A DNA stretch of 64,000 bases from an uncultured Terracidiphilus sp. Its GTDB lineage: Bacteria; Acidobacteriota; Terriglobia; Terriglobales; Acidobacteriaceae. The first letter of the stretch is position 1, and every line of letters starts with the position of its first letter. A model generated the notes under the pieces. The model was not told the origin of the DNA, ran no database searches, and worked only from the letters and a program-made list of their open reading frames with translations. Both the position numbers and the translations under genes were made by a program. Below are positions 29,433 to 42,062 of the stretch, one piece after another. The DNA lies in NCBI GenBank assembly GCA_964460385.1, contig CAYWSR010000001.1, positions 381 to 64,380 of the forward strand, in the 5' to 3' direction.

Positions 29433-30614
29433 ATGCCCTCAGATGAACAGAATGCCGGAGGCCTGACCGTTACGCTGATCGGACCCGACGAGGCGCGCCG
29501 CAAAGCGGTGGCTGCCGCGCTTGCCGACTGCAACGTGGGAGCAATGCGGGAGTTTACGTCGTATCCCACCAACCTGGAAGAGCTCCCGGAGATGCTGGCC
29601 AAGCACTACGACGTGATCCTGGTGGATCTGGACAGCGATCCGGAGTACGCGCTTGACGTTGTGGAGGCGATCTTCGCCTCCGGCGCGTCCATGGTGATGG
29701 TCTACTCGGAGCAGACGGACCGCGAGGTGGTGGTGAGTGCCATGCGGGCTGGGGCTCGCGAGTTCCTGACGCTGCCCATCATGGCCGACGACCTGGCCGA
29801 TGCACTGTCGCGCGTTTCGCTGCGGTCGCCGGCGGCGCAGCGCGGAAAGTGGACGCCACGCAAGCTGTTTGCGTTTGTGGGGACCAAGGGCGGCTGCGGA
29901 GTCACCACGCTTTCCTCGAATTTTGCCATTGCGCTGGCGCAGGAGAGCGGTCAGAAGACGCTGCTGATCGACCTGGGACAACCGCTGGGCGATGCGGCCA
30001 TCAACCTGGGGATTATTGCGCAGTACTCGGTAATGAGTGCGCTCGAACATTTTGCGCGGCTCGATTCGAGCTTCCTCGCGTCGCTGCTGACGACGCACGC
30101 CTCCGGGCTCTCGGTGCTCGCGGCGCCGGGCGAGTTCTCCCGCTCCGAAGTGACCCTGGAGGCGATCGACAAGCTGGTTGCCGTGGCGCGCACAAGTTTC
30201 CGCTTCGTGGTGGTGGATATAGGGTCGAGCGTTGAGTGGATTAACTCGACGGTGTTCTCAGATGCATCAACGGTTTATTTGATCACGCAGGTGGGTGTGT
30301 CGGAGTTGCGCAACGCCAACCGCATGATCACGCGCTTCTTCCCAATGCTGGGCGATCAGTTGCAGATTGTGCTCAACCGGTTTGTGCCGCATGCGCTGAT
30401 CTTCGACGAGGACCACATCACCAAGGCCCTCACGCGGCCGGCGCAGTGGAAGATTCCCGACGACTGGGCGACGGCGCGGCGCACGCGGAACACCGCGGTA
30501 GCGCTGGCGATGGAAGACTCTCCGATCTCGAAGGTGCTGCACCAGATGGCGCGCTCGGCATGCGGCCTGCCCGCCAGCTCAGACAAGAAGAGGATCTTCA
30601 GCTTCTTCGGGTAG
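29433..30614 (+). CDS. CpaE/TadZ-like receiver + MinD-type ATPase
   Basis: Receiver-like DVILVDLD..AMRAGAREFL; deviant Walker A GTKGGCGVTT. Confidence 0.85.
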   Translation: MPSDEQNAGGLTVTLIGPDEARRKAVAAALADCNVGAMREFTSYPTNLEELPEMLAKHYDVILVDLDSDPEYALDVVEAIFASGASMVMVYSEQTDREVVVSAMRAGAREFLTLPIMADDLADALSRVSLRSPAAQRGKWTPRKLFAFVGTKGGCGVTTLSSNFAIALAQESGQKTLLIDLGQPLGDAAINLGIIAQYSVMSALEHFARLDSSFLASLLTTHASGLSVLAAPGEFSRSEVTLEAIDKLVAVARTSFRFVVVDIGSSVEWINSTVFSDASTVYLITQVGVSELRNANRMITRFFPMLGDQLQIVLNRFVPHALIFDEDHITKALTRPAQWKIPDDWATARRTRNTAVALAMEDSPISKVLHQMARSACGLPASSDKKRIFSFFG

Positions 30615-30887
30615 ACAGTTTCGCCGGTCGGTGCAACGACGGGGCCCCGGTCTACCTGCATTGATTGCAGCGCATGTGCGTGAGCGGTGAAGTATTGTTC
30701 GTCCCGCCGGAAAGCGCGTTCAGTTTCCTCCTGAAATTGGCGCCTGGTTTTGCCGATGCGCGTGACCGGTGATTGCCGCCACAGAAAAACCGGAAGTTGC
30801 TGTTAGACTACGGGCCAGTTCAAGCCATCGCAGATCAACTCATCGCAGATTTGGGCGCGATGTTGGCCTTGAGCGCGGGAGCTTCCT

Positions 30888-33005
30888 GTGAACTTGCGTA
30901 ATTCCATCCCACATGTAATGCCCATCCCGGCCGTGCTGCGCGGGCGCCATCGAGGGGGCGCTGCACTCTGCTCGTTCAACTGCTTAGCGGCTATGCTGCT
31001 GTCTGTCGCAGCAATTGTCTCGAGCGCGCAGGAAAGCAAGACTCCCGAACAGACATCCCCGGCCCAGGTTCCCGGCGTGGTCACCGGGGTGGAGATCGAG
31101 CCCGATCGTGGAACGCTTGCTCCAGGAGATAAAACGCAATTCACAGCGGTCGTCAAGGGAACCGGAAATTTCAACTCCGACTTGAAGTGGTCGGTAAACG
31201 ACGTCGTAGGAGGCAACCCCGCGCTGGGAACCATCAGTAAGAGCGGGTTGTATCTCACGCCCTACCCCACGCCGGCCTCCGTGACGGTCAAGGCCACGAG
31301 CACCATCGACCCCGCCAAGTTGGCAAGCGCAACCATTACGTTCGCAGCGCCCCCTTTAGCAGCCGGACCCGCGCTCGTGGTGGATGCGGCAGCGGAGACG
31401 CATCCCATCAGCCCGTTCATATACGGGATGAACTCATGGCGGATGCCGGGCGAACGGCAACAGGCAGAGAAGGTGGCACAAGAGGTGAGGCTGCCGCTCA
31501 ACCGCTGGGGCGGGGACAGCGACTCCCGGTACAACTACAAGCTCGACGTGACCAATGCCGGCGACGACTGGTTCTTTGAGGTCTCGCACAACTCCAATCC
31601 GAAATCTCCCGATGAATCCGAATTTAACGCGCAGGTGGTTGCAGATCGGGCCGTCGGCGCCAGGACCATGGGAACTGTGCCCGTCATGGGTTGGGTTGCA
31701 AAATCGCGCGCGCCCGGTTCCGGCTTTTCGGTGGCAAAGTACGGTCCTCAACAAAAGACCGATCCTTATTCGCGTGACGCCGGCAACGGCATCAAAAAGG
31801 ACGGAACGCCGGTTACGGGCAACGATCCCGCCGACACCTCCATGCCCGTGGATGAAACCTGGACATCGGATTGGGTAAAGTACCTGGTGAGCAAGTTCGG
31901 CAATTCGGCCAACGGTGGCGTAGCCATCTATTCGCTCGACAATGAACCGACGTGGTGGAACAAGACGCATCGCGATGTGCATCCTCTGCCCTTCACCTAT
32001 GACGAAGTCACGGAGAACGGACTGAAGGTGGCGAGGGCGATCAAGGCCGCCGACCCTACTGCTGAAGTCAGTGGGCCCGTGATCGATTTCTGGCTGACGT
32101 ATTTCTATTCGGGGAAAGACTACGAATGGCTTAAGGGTCATTGGCTGAACGCCGCCAAGAACCCACCCCCTGATCGCATAGCTCACGGAAACGTCCCGTT
32201 GATCGAGTACTATCTGCGCGCGTTCAAGGCGGCGCAGGATGCCGACCCTCAACACATGCGGTTCCTTGATTACCTCGATTTGCACACCTATTTCGCGGCC
32301 AACGATGCCATGCTGAAACCCGCGGGCACAAGCCTCCAACAGAAAGCAGTTCTTGACTCGACACGTGTGTTCTGGGACGCGACCTACACCAACTTCCGCC
32401 TCCAGGACCCCGACAATCTGATGAAGCCACTTGCGCCGCAGATGATTCCGCGCATGAAGAAATGGGTTGCGGACAACTATCCGGGAACGAAGACCGCGAT
32501 CACCGAGTACAACTGGGGCGGACCGGAACACATCAGCGGAGCGGTGGCGCAGGCCGACATTCTGGGGATTTTTGGCCGAGAAGGACTCGACCTTGGCGCG
32601 GTCTGGGGACCTCCGGACCTGAATTCGCCATTGTTGTTCGCCTTCGAGATCTATCGCAACTATGACGACGCGGGCGGGGAATTCGGAGACACAAGCCTCA
32701 CCGCCAGCAGCGCCGATCAGGGCAAGCTCTCCGTTTTTGCGGCGCGCCGCACGCTCGATCACGCGGTTACCGTCGTGGTGATCAACAAGACATTTGGCGA
32801 TCTACAAACCGATCTGACGCTCGACCAATTCAAGGCCAAGGGGCCGGCGAAGATCTATCAGTACAGCGGCGTGAACCTCACGCAGATTCGCGCCCTTCCT
32901 GCGGTCAAAACATCGAAACCCAGCGGGAAGGCCAAGGCGAGCCTGTTGAAAGACCAGTTGTTTCCGGCCATGTCGATTACGATGTACGCGATTGCGGGCA
33001 AATGA
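30888..33005 (+). CDS. GH44 glycoside hydrolase with N-terminal Ig-like domain
   Basis: HPISPFIYGMN, NRWGG, LDNEP, LDLHTY, AITEYNWG, ADILGIFGREG. Confidence 0.88.
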   Translation: MNLRNSIPHVMPIPAVLRGRHRGGAALCSFNCLAAMLLSVAAIVSSAQESKTPEQTSPAQVPGVVTGVEIEPDRGTLAPGDKTQFTAVVKGTGNFNSDLKWSVNDVVGGNPALGTISKSGLYLTPYPTPASVTVKATSTIDPAKLASATITFAAPPLAAGPALVVDAAAETHPISPFIYGMNSWRMPGERQQAEKVAQEVRLPLNRWGGDSDSRYNYKLDVTNAGDDWFFEVSHNSNPKSPDESEFNAQVVADRAVGARTMGTVPVMGWVAKSRAPGSGFSVAKYGPQQKTDPYSRDAGNGIKKDGTPVTGNDPADTSMPVDETWTSDWVKYLVSKFGNSANGGVAIYSLDNEPTWWNKTHRDVHPLPFTYDEVTENGLKVARAIKAADPTAEVSGPVIDFWLTYFYSGKDYEWLKGHWLNAAKNPPPDRIAHGNVPLIEYYLRAFKAAQDADPQHMRFLDYLDLHTYFAANDAMLKPAGTSLQQKAVLDSTRVFWDATYTNFRLQDPDNLMKPLAPQMIPRMKKWVADNYPGTKTAITEYNWGGPEHISGAVAQADILGIFGREGLDLGAVWGPPDLNSPLLFAFEIYRNYDDAGGEFGDTSLTASSADQGKLSVFAARRTLDHAVTVVVINKTFGDLQTDLTLDQFKAKGPAKIYQYSGVNLTQIRALPAVKTSKPSGKAKASLLKDQLFPAMSITMYAIAGK

Positions 33006-33365
33006 GACCTGCGACTCGCAGGGTCGCCATCGACAGGTCGGCAGTTCCCTGGTTGACCCCGCCCAGGTAGGAAAGAAATGTGCCGACCCGCCCGGGATTC
33101 CGCCGTTGCCTGGAAAGTCGAGTTCCCCGCGCAGAGGAATGGCCTGTGTCGCGCGATACAGGCGAAAATTCCAGTAACCGAATATGATCCTGGCTGTCGA
33201 ATGGATGCACGTCGCCGCCCTGCGCTGAGGGCAGGGGCTGACGTCTGGGACCCCGCACAGGCGTTTCACTCGCCAGCGTGCGAGCGCCTGTCCAACTTCT
33301 TCACCGAGCCCAATTCCTTCCCCAAGGGGCCAGAGAGAAGCGGTACCTCAGGGAAGGATAGGGCC

Positions 33366-36300
33366 ATGCCGCATCACTTCGCTGCATTGCGGTCAGCGGA
33401 CCCCAACGGGCGCGCCAGCAATCCATCCAGGCTTATTCCACTCTTGTTCTCGGCGTTACTCCTATTCGCCCTCGCTGCGGTTGCGGCTGCGCAATCTGAG
33501 TCGAAACCGGCCGGCCTCGTCGACGATGCTTCGCGCGTAAACCTCGCGCATTCCAGCTTGTCTTTGCGCGGCGCCACCGACCTTGGCCCCCTCGATGAGA
33601 CCCAGCAGTTCGACCGCATGATCCTGGTATTGAAGATGCCCCCAGCCAGTCAACAGGCTCTGGCATCTTTGCTCGATAGCCAGCAGACGAAGGGTTCGCC
33701 AAACTACCACCGGTGGCTCACGCCGGAAGAGTTTGGACGACAATTCGGCCCCGCATCCGAGGACCTGGCGAGGGTTCGAGGCTGGCTTGAGCAGGAGGGC
33801 TTTCAGGTCGGAGCCGTAAGCAAGAGCGGCACGTGGATTGAGTTCTCAGGAACCGCCGGCCAGGTGAACAAGGCTTTTCAAACTCGGTTGCGGCGGTACC
33901 AGGTGGGCGGCGAGATGCATGTTGCCAACGCCACCGACATCTCCGTTCCTTCAGCTCTCGCCGAGTTGGTGGAGGGCGTGCCGCTGCACGATTTTTTCAG
34001 TAAGCCCCTGTTCGTGCCTTCGCACGCGCACGCTTCCCCGGCCGTTACAGCGCCCTGGAACAACGCTGTCCACGCGCTCGTCCCCGGCGATTTTGCCACC
34101 ATCTACGATCTCAATCCGCTCTATAAGGCGGGCCTGAACGGCAAGGGGCAGACGATCGCCATTGTCGGCGAGGCCGATATTACGCCGAGCGATATTACCG
34201 CTTTTCAGAGTATTTTCGGGCTGCCGTCCAATCTCCCCAACGTAATCCACACCGGAACAGATCCGGGCGTGGACCTGACGTTCGGCTATGGCGTAGAAGC
34301 TACCATCGACACCGAGTGGGCGTCCGCTATCGCCCCCGGCGCGAAGATCGACCTGGTGGTGAGCGAGCCCACGGAAACAACCGACGGCATTACGCTCTCC
34401 GCCATGTACATCGTTGACCAGAATCTCGCGCAGATCGTGAGTGTCAGCTACGGCAATTGCGAACAGAACATGGGAACGTCCGGCAATGCTCTATGGAACT
34501 CGATTTGGCAGCAGGCAGCCGCGCAGGGCATCAGCGTTTTTGTGGCCAGCGGAGACGCCGGTTCCGTGATGTGCGGGGTCGGGTACCAGTACCTTGGGGC
34601 CGACTACCTTTTTGGACCCGATGCGGTTAACGGGCTGGCATCCACTCCATACAACACCGCGGTAGGGGGCACGGAATTTGACGAGGGCGCGAATGGCGGC
34701 AGCGCCTCCACCTACTGGAGCACGACCAACTCAGCCATCTTTACGTCGGCTATTGGGTACATCCCCGAGTTCGTGTGGAACGATAGCTGCGACGATTCGA
34801 ACGATCCCTATCTCTTCCAAAACTGCGTCAACACCCTGCCGTCGCTGGCTGCAACCGGAGGTGGCGTCAGCACCGTGTACCCGACGCCTTCATGGCAGAC
34901 TTTGAACGTAACCGGGTTGAACGCTCTTGCCGGTTACAGCCTGCCAAGCCAGCCGGGAGTAAGTCCGCGCGGCGTCCCCGATGTGGCAATGCCGGCGTCC
35001 GCCGATCACGACGGTTATCTCTTCTGCTTCACAACCGTCGCGGCCACGCCAGATTGTCAACTCGTCAATAACGCCCTGGCGCAGACCACATTCCAGAATG
35101 AGGCGGGCGGAACTTCGTTTGGAACGCCCGAATTCGCGGCAATCATGGCCATCGTGAACCAGCAGGAGTTGGCTATCAATACCTCGCAATCCCCGATCCC
35201 AATCACCGACGGCCGTCAGGGACTGGTCAACTACACGCTCTATTCGCTTGCGGCGTCAGAGACATACTCTGCGTGCAACTCGAGCAACCGGACCAATCCG
35301 GCTGTAGCCGCGCCGGTCGGATGCACATTCAACGACATTACGTCGGGAAACAACGGGCCGCCGGCGGAGTATTCCGCGCCCGACGTCACCGGTTACAGCG
35401 CCGCAACCGGCTATGACCTGGTCAGCGGTCTCGGTTCAGTGGACGCGCACAACCTGGCCGCCAACTGGAACTCCGCCGCGGCTGGCTTCCATGGGTCCGA
35501 AACCCTGTTGACCGCCAATGCCGGAGCAAGCAGCATTTCTGTTCAACATGGACAGACAGTGTCGTTCGATGTGACCGTACAGAAACTGAGCGGCGACGCC
35601 ACCTCTCAATCTCCTGGCGGACAGATTTCACTGATCGCGCAAGGGGGAACTTTGTCGGGCAGCGTTGGCTTGCAGGCAGCGACCCTTTCCGCTGGCGCTG
35701 ATGGCGCGGCCACCTCGGGAAGCCTCGCTGTCGGAAACCTGCCGGGTGGGAGCTACAGCGTCGTCGCCCGCTATCCGGGGAACGGGTACTTCGCGGGAAG
35801 CACATCGGCCCCAATTCCTGTAACGGTGACACTGGAACCCAGCGTCACCACCCTGAATGTCACCACTTATCAGGATGGGTATGGAAGCCCGGTGCGATTC
35901 GACGTCATCGTTTCCGGCGCATCCGGCCAAGGCTACCCCTCCGGCCAGGTAGCCCTTGCCGACGGAGGGACCGTCTTCGCGACTCTGCCGCTGAGCAGCA
36001 ACGGCGAGGCATCTCTGAATACCTGCGGTCCCTCGTTCGGCAGTTCGTATCCGCCCTTTGCAAAGTTACTGTGCTTCAGCGTGGGAAGTCACAACTTCTC
36101 CGCGACCTACAGCGGCGATTCCAGCTTCAGCCCGAGCCCCACCCCACCCGCGACGTCTCAGTTGGAAACGGTCAACATCCTGCCCGGCCAGGCGCTGATG
36201 CAGGTCAACACGGTGCCGGTGAATGACAGCAATTTGCTGAATGTGCCGAATACGCTCACAGCAATCGTGTACAGCACCAGCTCGGCGGGCGCGGTGCCCA

Positions 36301-37049
36301 CCGGGACGGTGCAGTTTTTCGTGAATTCGACAGCGCTTGGGCCGCCCGTGGCGATCGCCGGAAACCCAGCGCAAGCTTCGATTCAGGGCGTTGTGTTTCA
36401 GCCGGGTCCTCTCGAGCTTTCGGCGATTTACTCCGGCGACAGCAACTACCAGCCCGATAACTGGATCATGAATTCCACCTGGGGAGCTCCGCTCGGATGG
36501 TCCGGGGCCACGAGCACAGCCACCATCAATCCAGGTCAGACGGCAATCTTTAACCTCACGCTCAGCGCCATCAATTACACCGGCGTGGTGCCGCTGAGGT
36601 GCACCGTCGGCGATAACCCCAGTCAACCCACATCTGACCCCGTCGGCACCGCGTGCACCGTAAGCCCGACTTCGGTGACCTTCACTTCCACCATGACCTC
36701 CATTCCGGTCGTGGTCACGATCCTCTCCTCAACGGAGTCCCGTCTTGCACCCACGCCACTCCACACGCCGCCCTTCACGTTGCCTCCCGTGCTTGCATTT
36801 GTGCTCTGGGGCGCGCGCAAACGGCGCTGGGCCGCGCTGTCGCGCTGTGTGCTTGCCGTGTTGGCAATCTCTTCTATGACCTCGTGCGGCGGATCGACCG
36901 CAGCGGTCACCAAGCCGCCGGCCCCTGTGATTCCACCCGCAACCAGCGTCCAATTCTCCATTTCGGCTCCCTACCTCATAACGACCGGCCCCTGGACCGG
37001 AAATGGCGGCAACGACTTTGCCACTGTCACAGTGAACATCAACCCCTGA
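33366..37049 (+). CDS. Secreted S53 (sedolisin) protease with pro-domain and Ig-like repeats
   Basis: WLTPEEFG pro-domain; EATIDTEW, SGDAG, GVPDVA, GGTS catalytic motifs; Big_3-like repeats. Confidence 0.9.
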   Translation: MPHHFAALRSADPNGRASNPSRLIPLLFSALLLFALAAVAAAQSESKPAGLVDDASRVNLAHSSLSLRGATDLGPLDETQQFDRMILVLKMPPASQQALASLLDSQQTKGSPNYHRWLTPEEFGRQFGPASEDLARVRGWLEQEGFQVGAVSKSGTWIEFSGTAGQVNKAFQTRLRRYQVGGEMHVANATDISVPSALAELVEGVPLHDFFSKPLFVPSHAHASPAVTAPWNNAVHALVPGDFATIYDLNPLYKAGLNGKGQTIAIVGEADITPSDITAFQSIFGLPSNLPNVIHTGTDPGVDLTFGYGVEATIDTEWASAIAPGAKIDLVVSEPTETTDGITLSAMYIVDQNLAQIVSVSYGNCEQNMGTSGNALWNSIWQQAAAQGISVFVASGDAGSVMCGVGYQYLGADYLFGPDAVNGLASTPYNTAVGGTEFDEGANGGSASTYWSTTNSAIFTSAIGYIPEFVWNDSCDDSNDPYLFQNCVNTLPSLAATGGGVSTVYPTPSWQTLNVTGLNALAGYSLPSQPGVSPRGVPDVAMPASADHDGYLFCFTTVAATPDCQLVNNALAQTTFQNEAGGTSFGTPEFAAIMAIVNQQELAINTSQSPIPITDGRQGLVNYTLYSLAASETYSACNSSNRTNPAVAAPVGCTFNDITSGNNGPPAEYSAPDVTGYSAATGYDLVSGLGSVDAHNLAANWNSAAAGFHGSETLLTANAGASSISVQHGQTVSFDVTVQKLSGDATSQSPGGQISLIAQGGTLSGSVGLQAATLSAGADGAATSGSLAVGNLPGGSYSVVARYPGNGYFAGSTSAPIPVTVTLEPSVTTLNVTTYQDGYGSPVRFDVIVSGASGQGYPSGQVALADGGTVFATLPLSSNGEASLNTCGPSFGSSYPPFAKLLCFSVGSHNFSATYSGDSSFSPSPTPPATSQLETVNILPGQALMQVNTVPVNDSNLLNVPNTLTAIVYSTSSAGAVPTGTVQFFVNSTALGPPVAIAGNPAQASIQGVVFQPGPLELSAIYSGDSNYQPDNWIMNSTWGAPLGWSGATSTATINPGQTAIFNLTLSAINYTGVVPLRCTVGDNPSQPTSDPVGTACTVSPTSVTFTSTMTSIPVVVTILSSTESRLAPTPLHTPPFTLPPVLAFVLWGARKRRWAALSRCVLAVLAISSMTSCGGSTAAVTKPPAPVIPPATSVQFSISAPYLITTGPWTGNGGNDFATVTVNINP

Positions 37050-37094
37050 GCAGCGCCTCTCTTCGCCCTTCTCCGCGTAGGCGACTGACCGCCG

Positions 37095-37197
37095 CTATTC
37101 CGCGCCGTGGCACTTTTTGTATTTCTTGCCGGAGCCGCATGGGCCCGGCACCGAGTAGGAACGGATCGTTGCGGCCAACCTTTTCGCCGGTGCGGCG
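37095..37197 (-). repeat. Second, degenerate copy of secA 3' end (SEC-C coding)
   Basis: Matches 37984-38070 with 4 substitutions and a 16-nt insertion. Confidence 0.9.
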
Positions 37198-37234
37198 CAA
37201 GTGGGCTCGGATTGTTGTTCGCCATGGGTTGGCG

Positions 37235-37885
37235 CTAAAGGATGTTTACGGCACGCGCAGCCAACAGGACTACCGTAGCGAACGAGATGAGCGCCTGAAT
37301 CATCATCAGAATCTTGGCCCAGGACGACAGAACCGGAGAGTCGGTGGGAGAAAACGCAGTGCTCGTATTGAAAGCTAGAAATAAGTAGTCCACGAATCCA
37401 GGACTCCAGGATTGTTCTGGCTTTTCAGTTTTTCCATGCTGGAAGCGAGTCATCTGCGGAAACAGGAAGGCCCCGTCGGTATGCAGGCCGCGCAACTCAC
37501 GGGCGCGCGGGCCTCCGGCATCAAGCCGCCAGTACCATGATGCGAAGACGAGGATGTTCGTGATCCACAGGGCAGCTGCGGAGCGCAACAAGTCCTGAGG
37601 CGATTCCTTGCGTGAAGGCAACGCCGCGACGAGCAAGCCAAGTGACACGACCATGTAGGCCGTCACAATCGACGTCAACACATAGTCCAGAATTTTATTC
37701 AGACCATCGAATCCGCGGCGGCGCGTCCATATCGTAGGAATCATCAGGACCCCGACGACAGCGATCAGCAGCCAGTCAGGGCCCACCGATAGGGACCTTG
37801 GCAGTGCCAGACGCAATCCGCCCACCGCAAGCAGAGCGAGCATTGCAGGCCATCGTGGTTCTAAGCGTCTCGGCGCATTCGTCAT
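37235..37885 (-). CDS. DUF1345-like membrane protein
   Basis: WYWRLDAGGP, FLFPQM, WSPGFVDYLFLAFNTSTAFSPTD, ARAVNIL. Confidence 0.8.
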   Translation of the reverse strand: MTNAPRRLEPRWPAMLALLAVGGLRLALPRSLSVGPDWLLIAVVGVLMIPTIWTRRRGFDGLNKILDYVLTSIVTAYMVVSLGLLVAALPSRKESPQDLLRSAAALWITNILVFASWYWRLDAGGPRARELRGLHTDGAFLFPQMTRFQHGKTEKPEQSWSPGFVDYLFLAFNTSTAFSPTDSPVLSSWAKILMMIQALISFATVVLLAARAVNIL

Positions 37886-37909
37886 GGAAGTTTCGATTCC
37901 GCAAGCCTG

Positions 37910-41011
<3,102 letters not shown>

Positions 41012-41162
41012 GGGAATCTCCGTCTACCAGTGTAAATGGTTAAGGGTTGCGCGGGTGTGATGGCCCGCAGGTGTCACCGGCATCCCGGCGTGAGAGAAGC
41101 CACGCAATTTGGCCCGCTGCGGGACCAAGGGAATGCAGCCGGAGGTGAATGCGGGCGCGAGG

Positions 41163-41497
41163 TCATTGCCTTACCTTCAGGCGGTCTACGTGTTGGCCGC
41201 GCCGAATGCGCCGGAGTTGCCGGTGCAGATGCTTGTGCGGAGAGTCTGGGCCCCCTGATCGTCCTCGTCGGCGTCCTCTTCTTGTTTGACTTCAAGCACA
41301 TGCGCCATGCTGGGCCTGTGGAAGACCTGCATGAACTGGAGAGCCATTCCCAGTGCAAGGGCCGAGGGGCAGAATCCGCGGCGAAATAGCCGCCATCGCA
41401 GCCGAAGTAAACAGTAGTGGCAGAGGACCAGCCCGATGGCAATGAAGGGCAGATCAAATGAAAGAGTGAAAATTTCATAGAACGCATTCGCAGTCAT
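41163..41497 (-). pseudogene. Small membrane protein, frameshifted (or sequencing error)
   Basis: ..EEDADEDDQG then a frame change at the C5/G5 run 41251-41255 gives GPDSPHKHLHRQLRRIRRGQHVDRLKVRQ*. Confidence 0.55.
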
Positions 41498-41607
41498 GTG
41501 TTCCCTCTCATGAGATCGCAGGCAAACGTAATGGAGAATGCCGACCGTTAGGCGCATGCAGACAAAGCTGCACGCCTACGGAACGGTTGTTTTGCTGTCT
41601 TGAGGAA

Positions 41608-41865
41608 CTACCCGCGGGAGGGTGGAGGGCGCTGGAAGCGGATGGGAAGTGCTGGCGCGGCAGGCACGCGGCTGGCGTAGACGTTCGCCATGCGCGGCAG
41701 CAGGCTCAGCGGAGAGATAATGCCCACAAAAAGCAGCGGCAGAATCGCAACCCAGTCCGGGCCGTGACCCGATAGGCTGTGCGGCGCAAGCAGGCAGAGC
41801 AGCGCAGCCGCAATTACGATGACCGCAAACAGCAGGATTCCGTTCTGGCGCTGACTCCGTTGCAT
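41608..41865 (-). CDS. 85-aa membrane peptide ending in FQRPPP (candidate arrest peptide)
   Basis: MQRSQRQNGILLFAVIVIAAALLCLLAP..VAILPLLFVGII..PIRFQRPPPSRG; AAGAGAG RBS. Confidence 0.7.
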   Translation of the reverse strand: MQRSQRQNGILLFAVIVIAAALLCLLAPHSLSGHGPDWVAILPLLFVGIISPLSLLPRMANVYASRVPAAPALPIRFQRPPPSRG

Positions 41866-42062
41866 GGATCTCTCTTGGATAGGAGTATACCAGCCGCGCA
41901 AACGGGAAGAATGAGGAAGTGTCTACGCGCCTCAACGGGCGGTAGGTATTCATCAATCGCGAGGTCTTGCCTATTGACGGCAGCCGGGCCGTGGTCTGAC
42001 CATTTTTCAGACGGCGCGCACGGCTCGAAGCCGAATTCAAATCGAAAAGAGCAGAGGGCATC

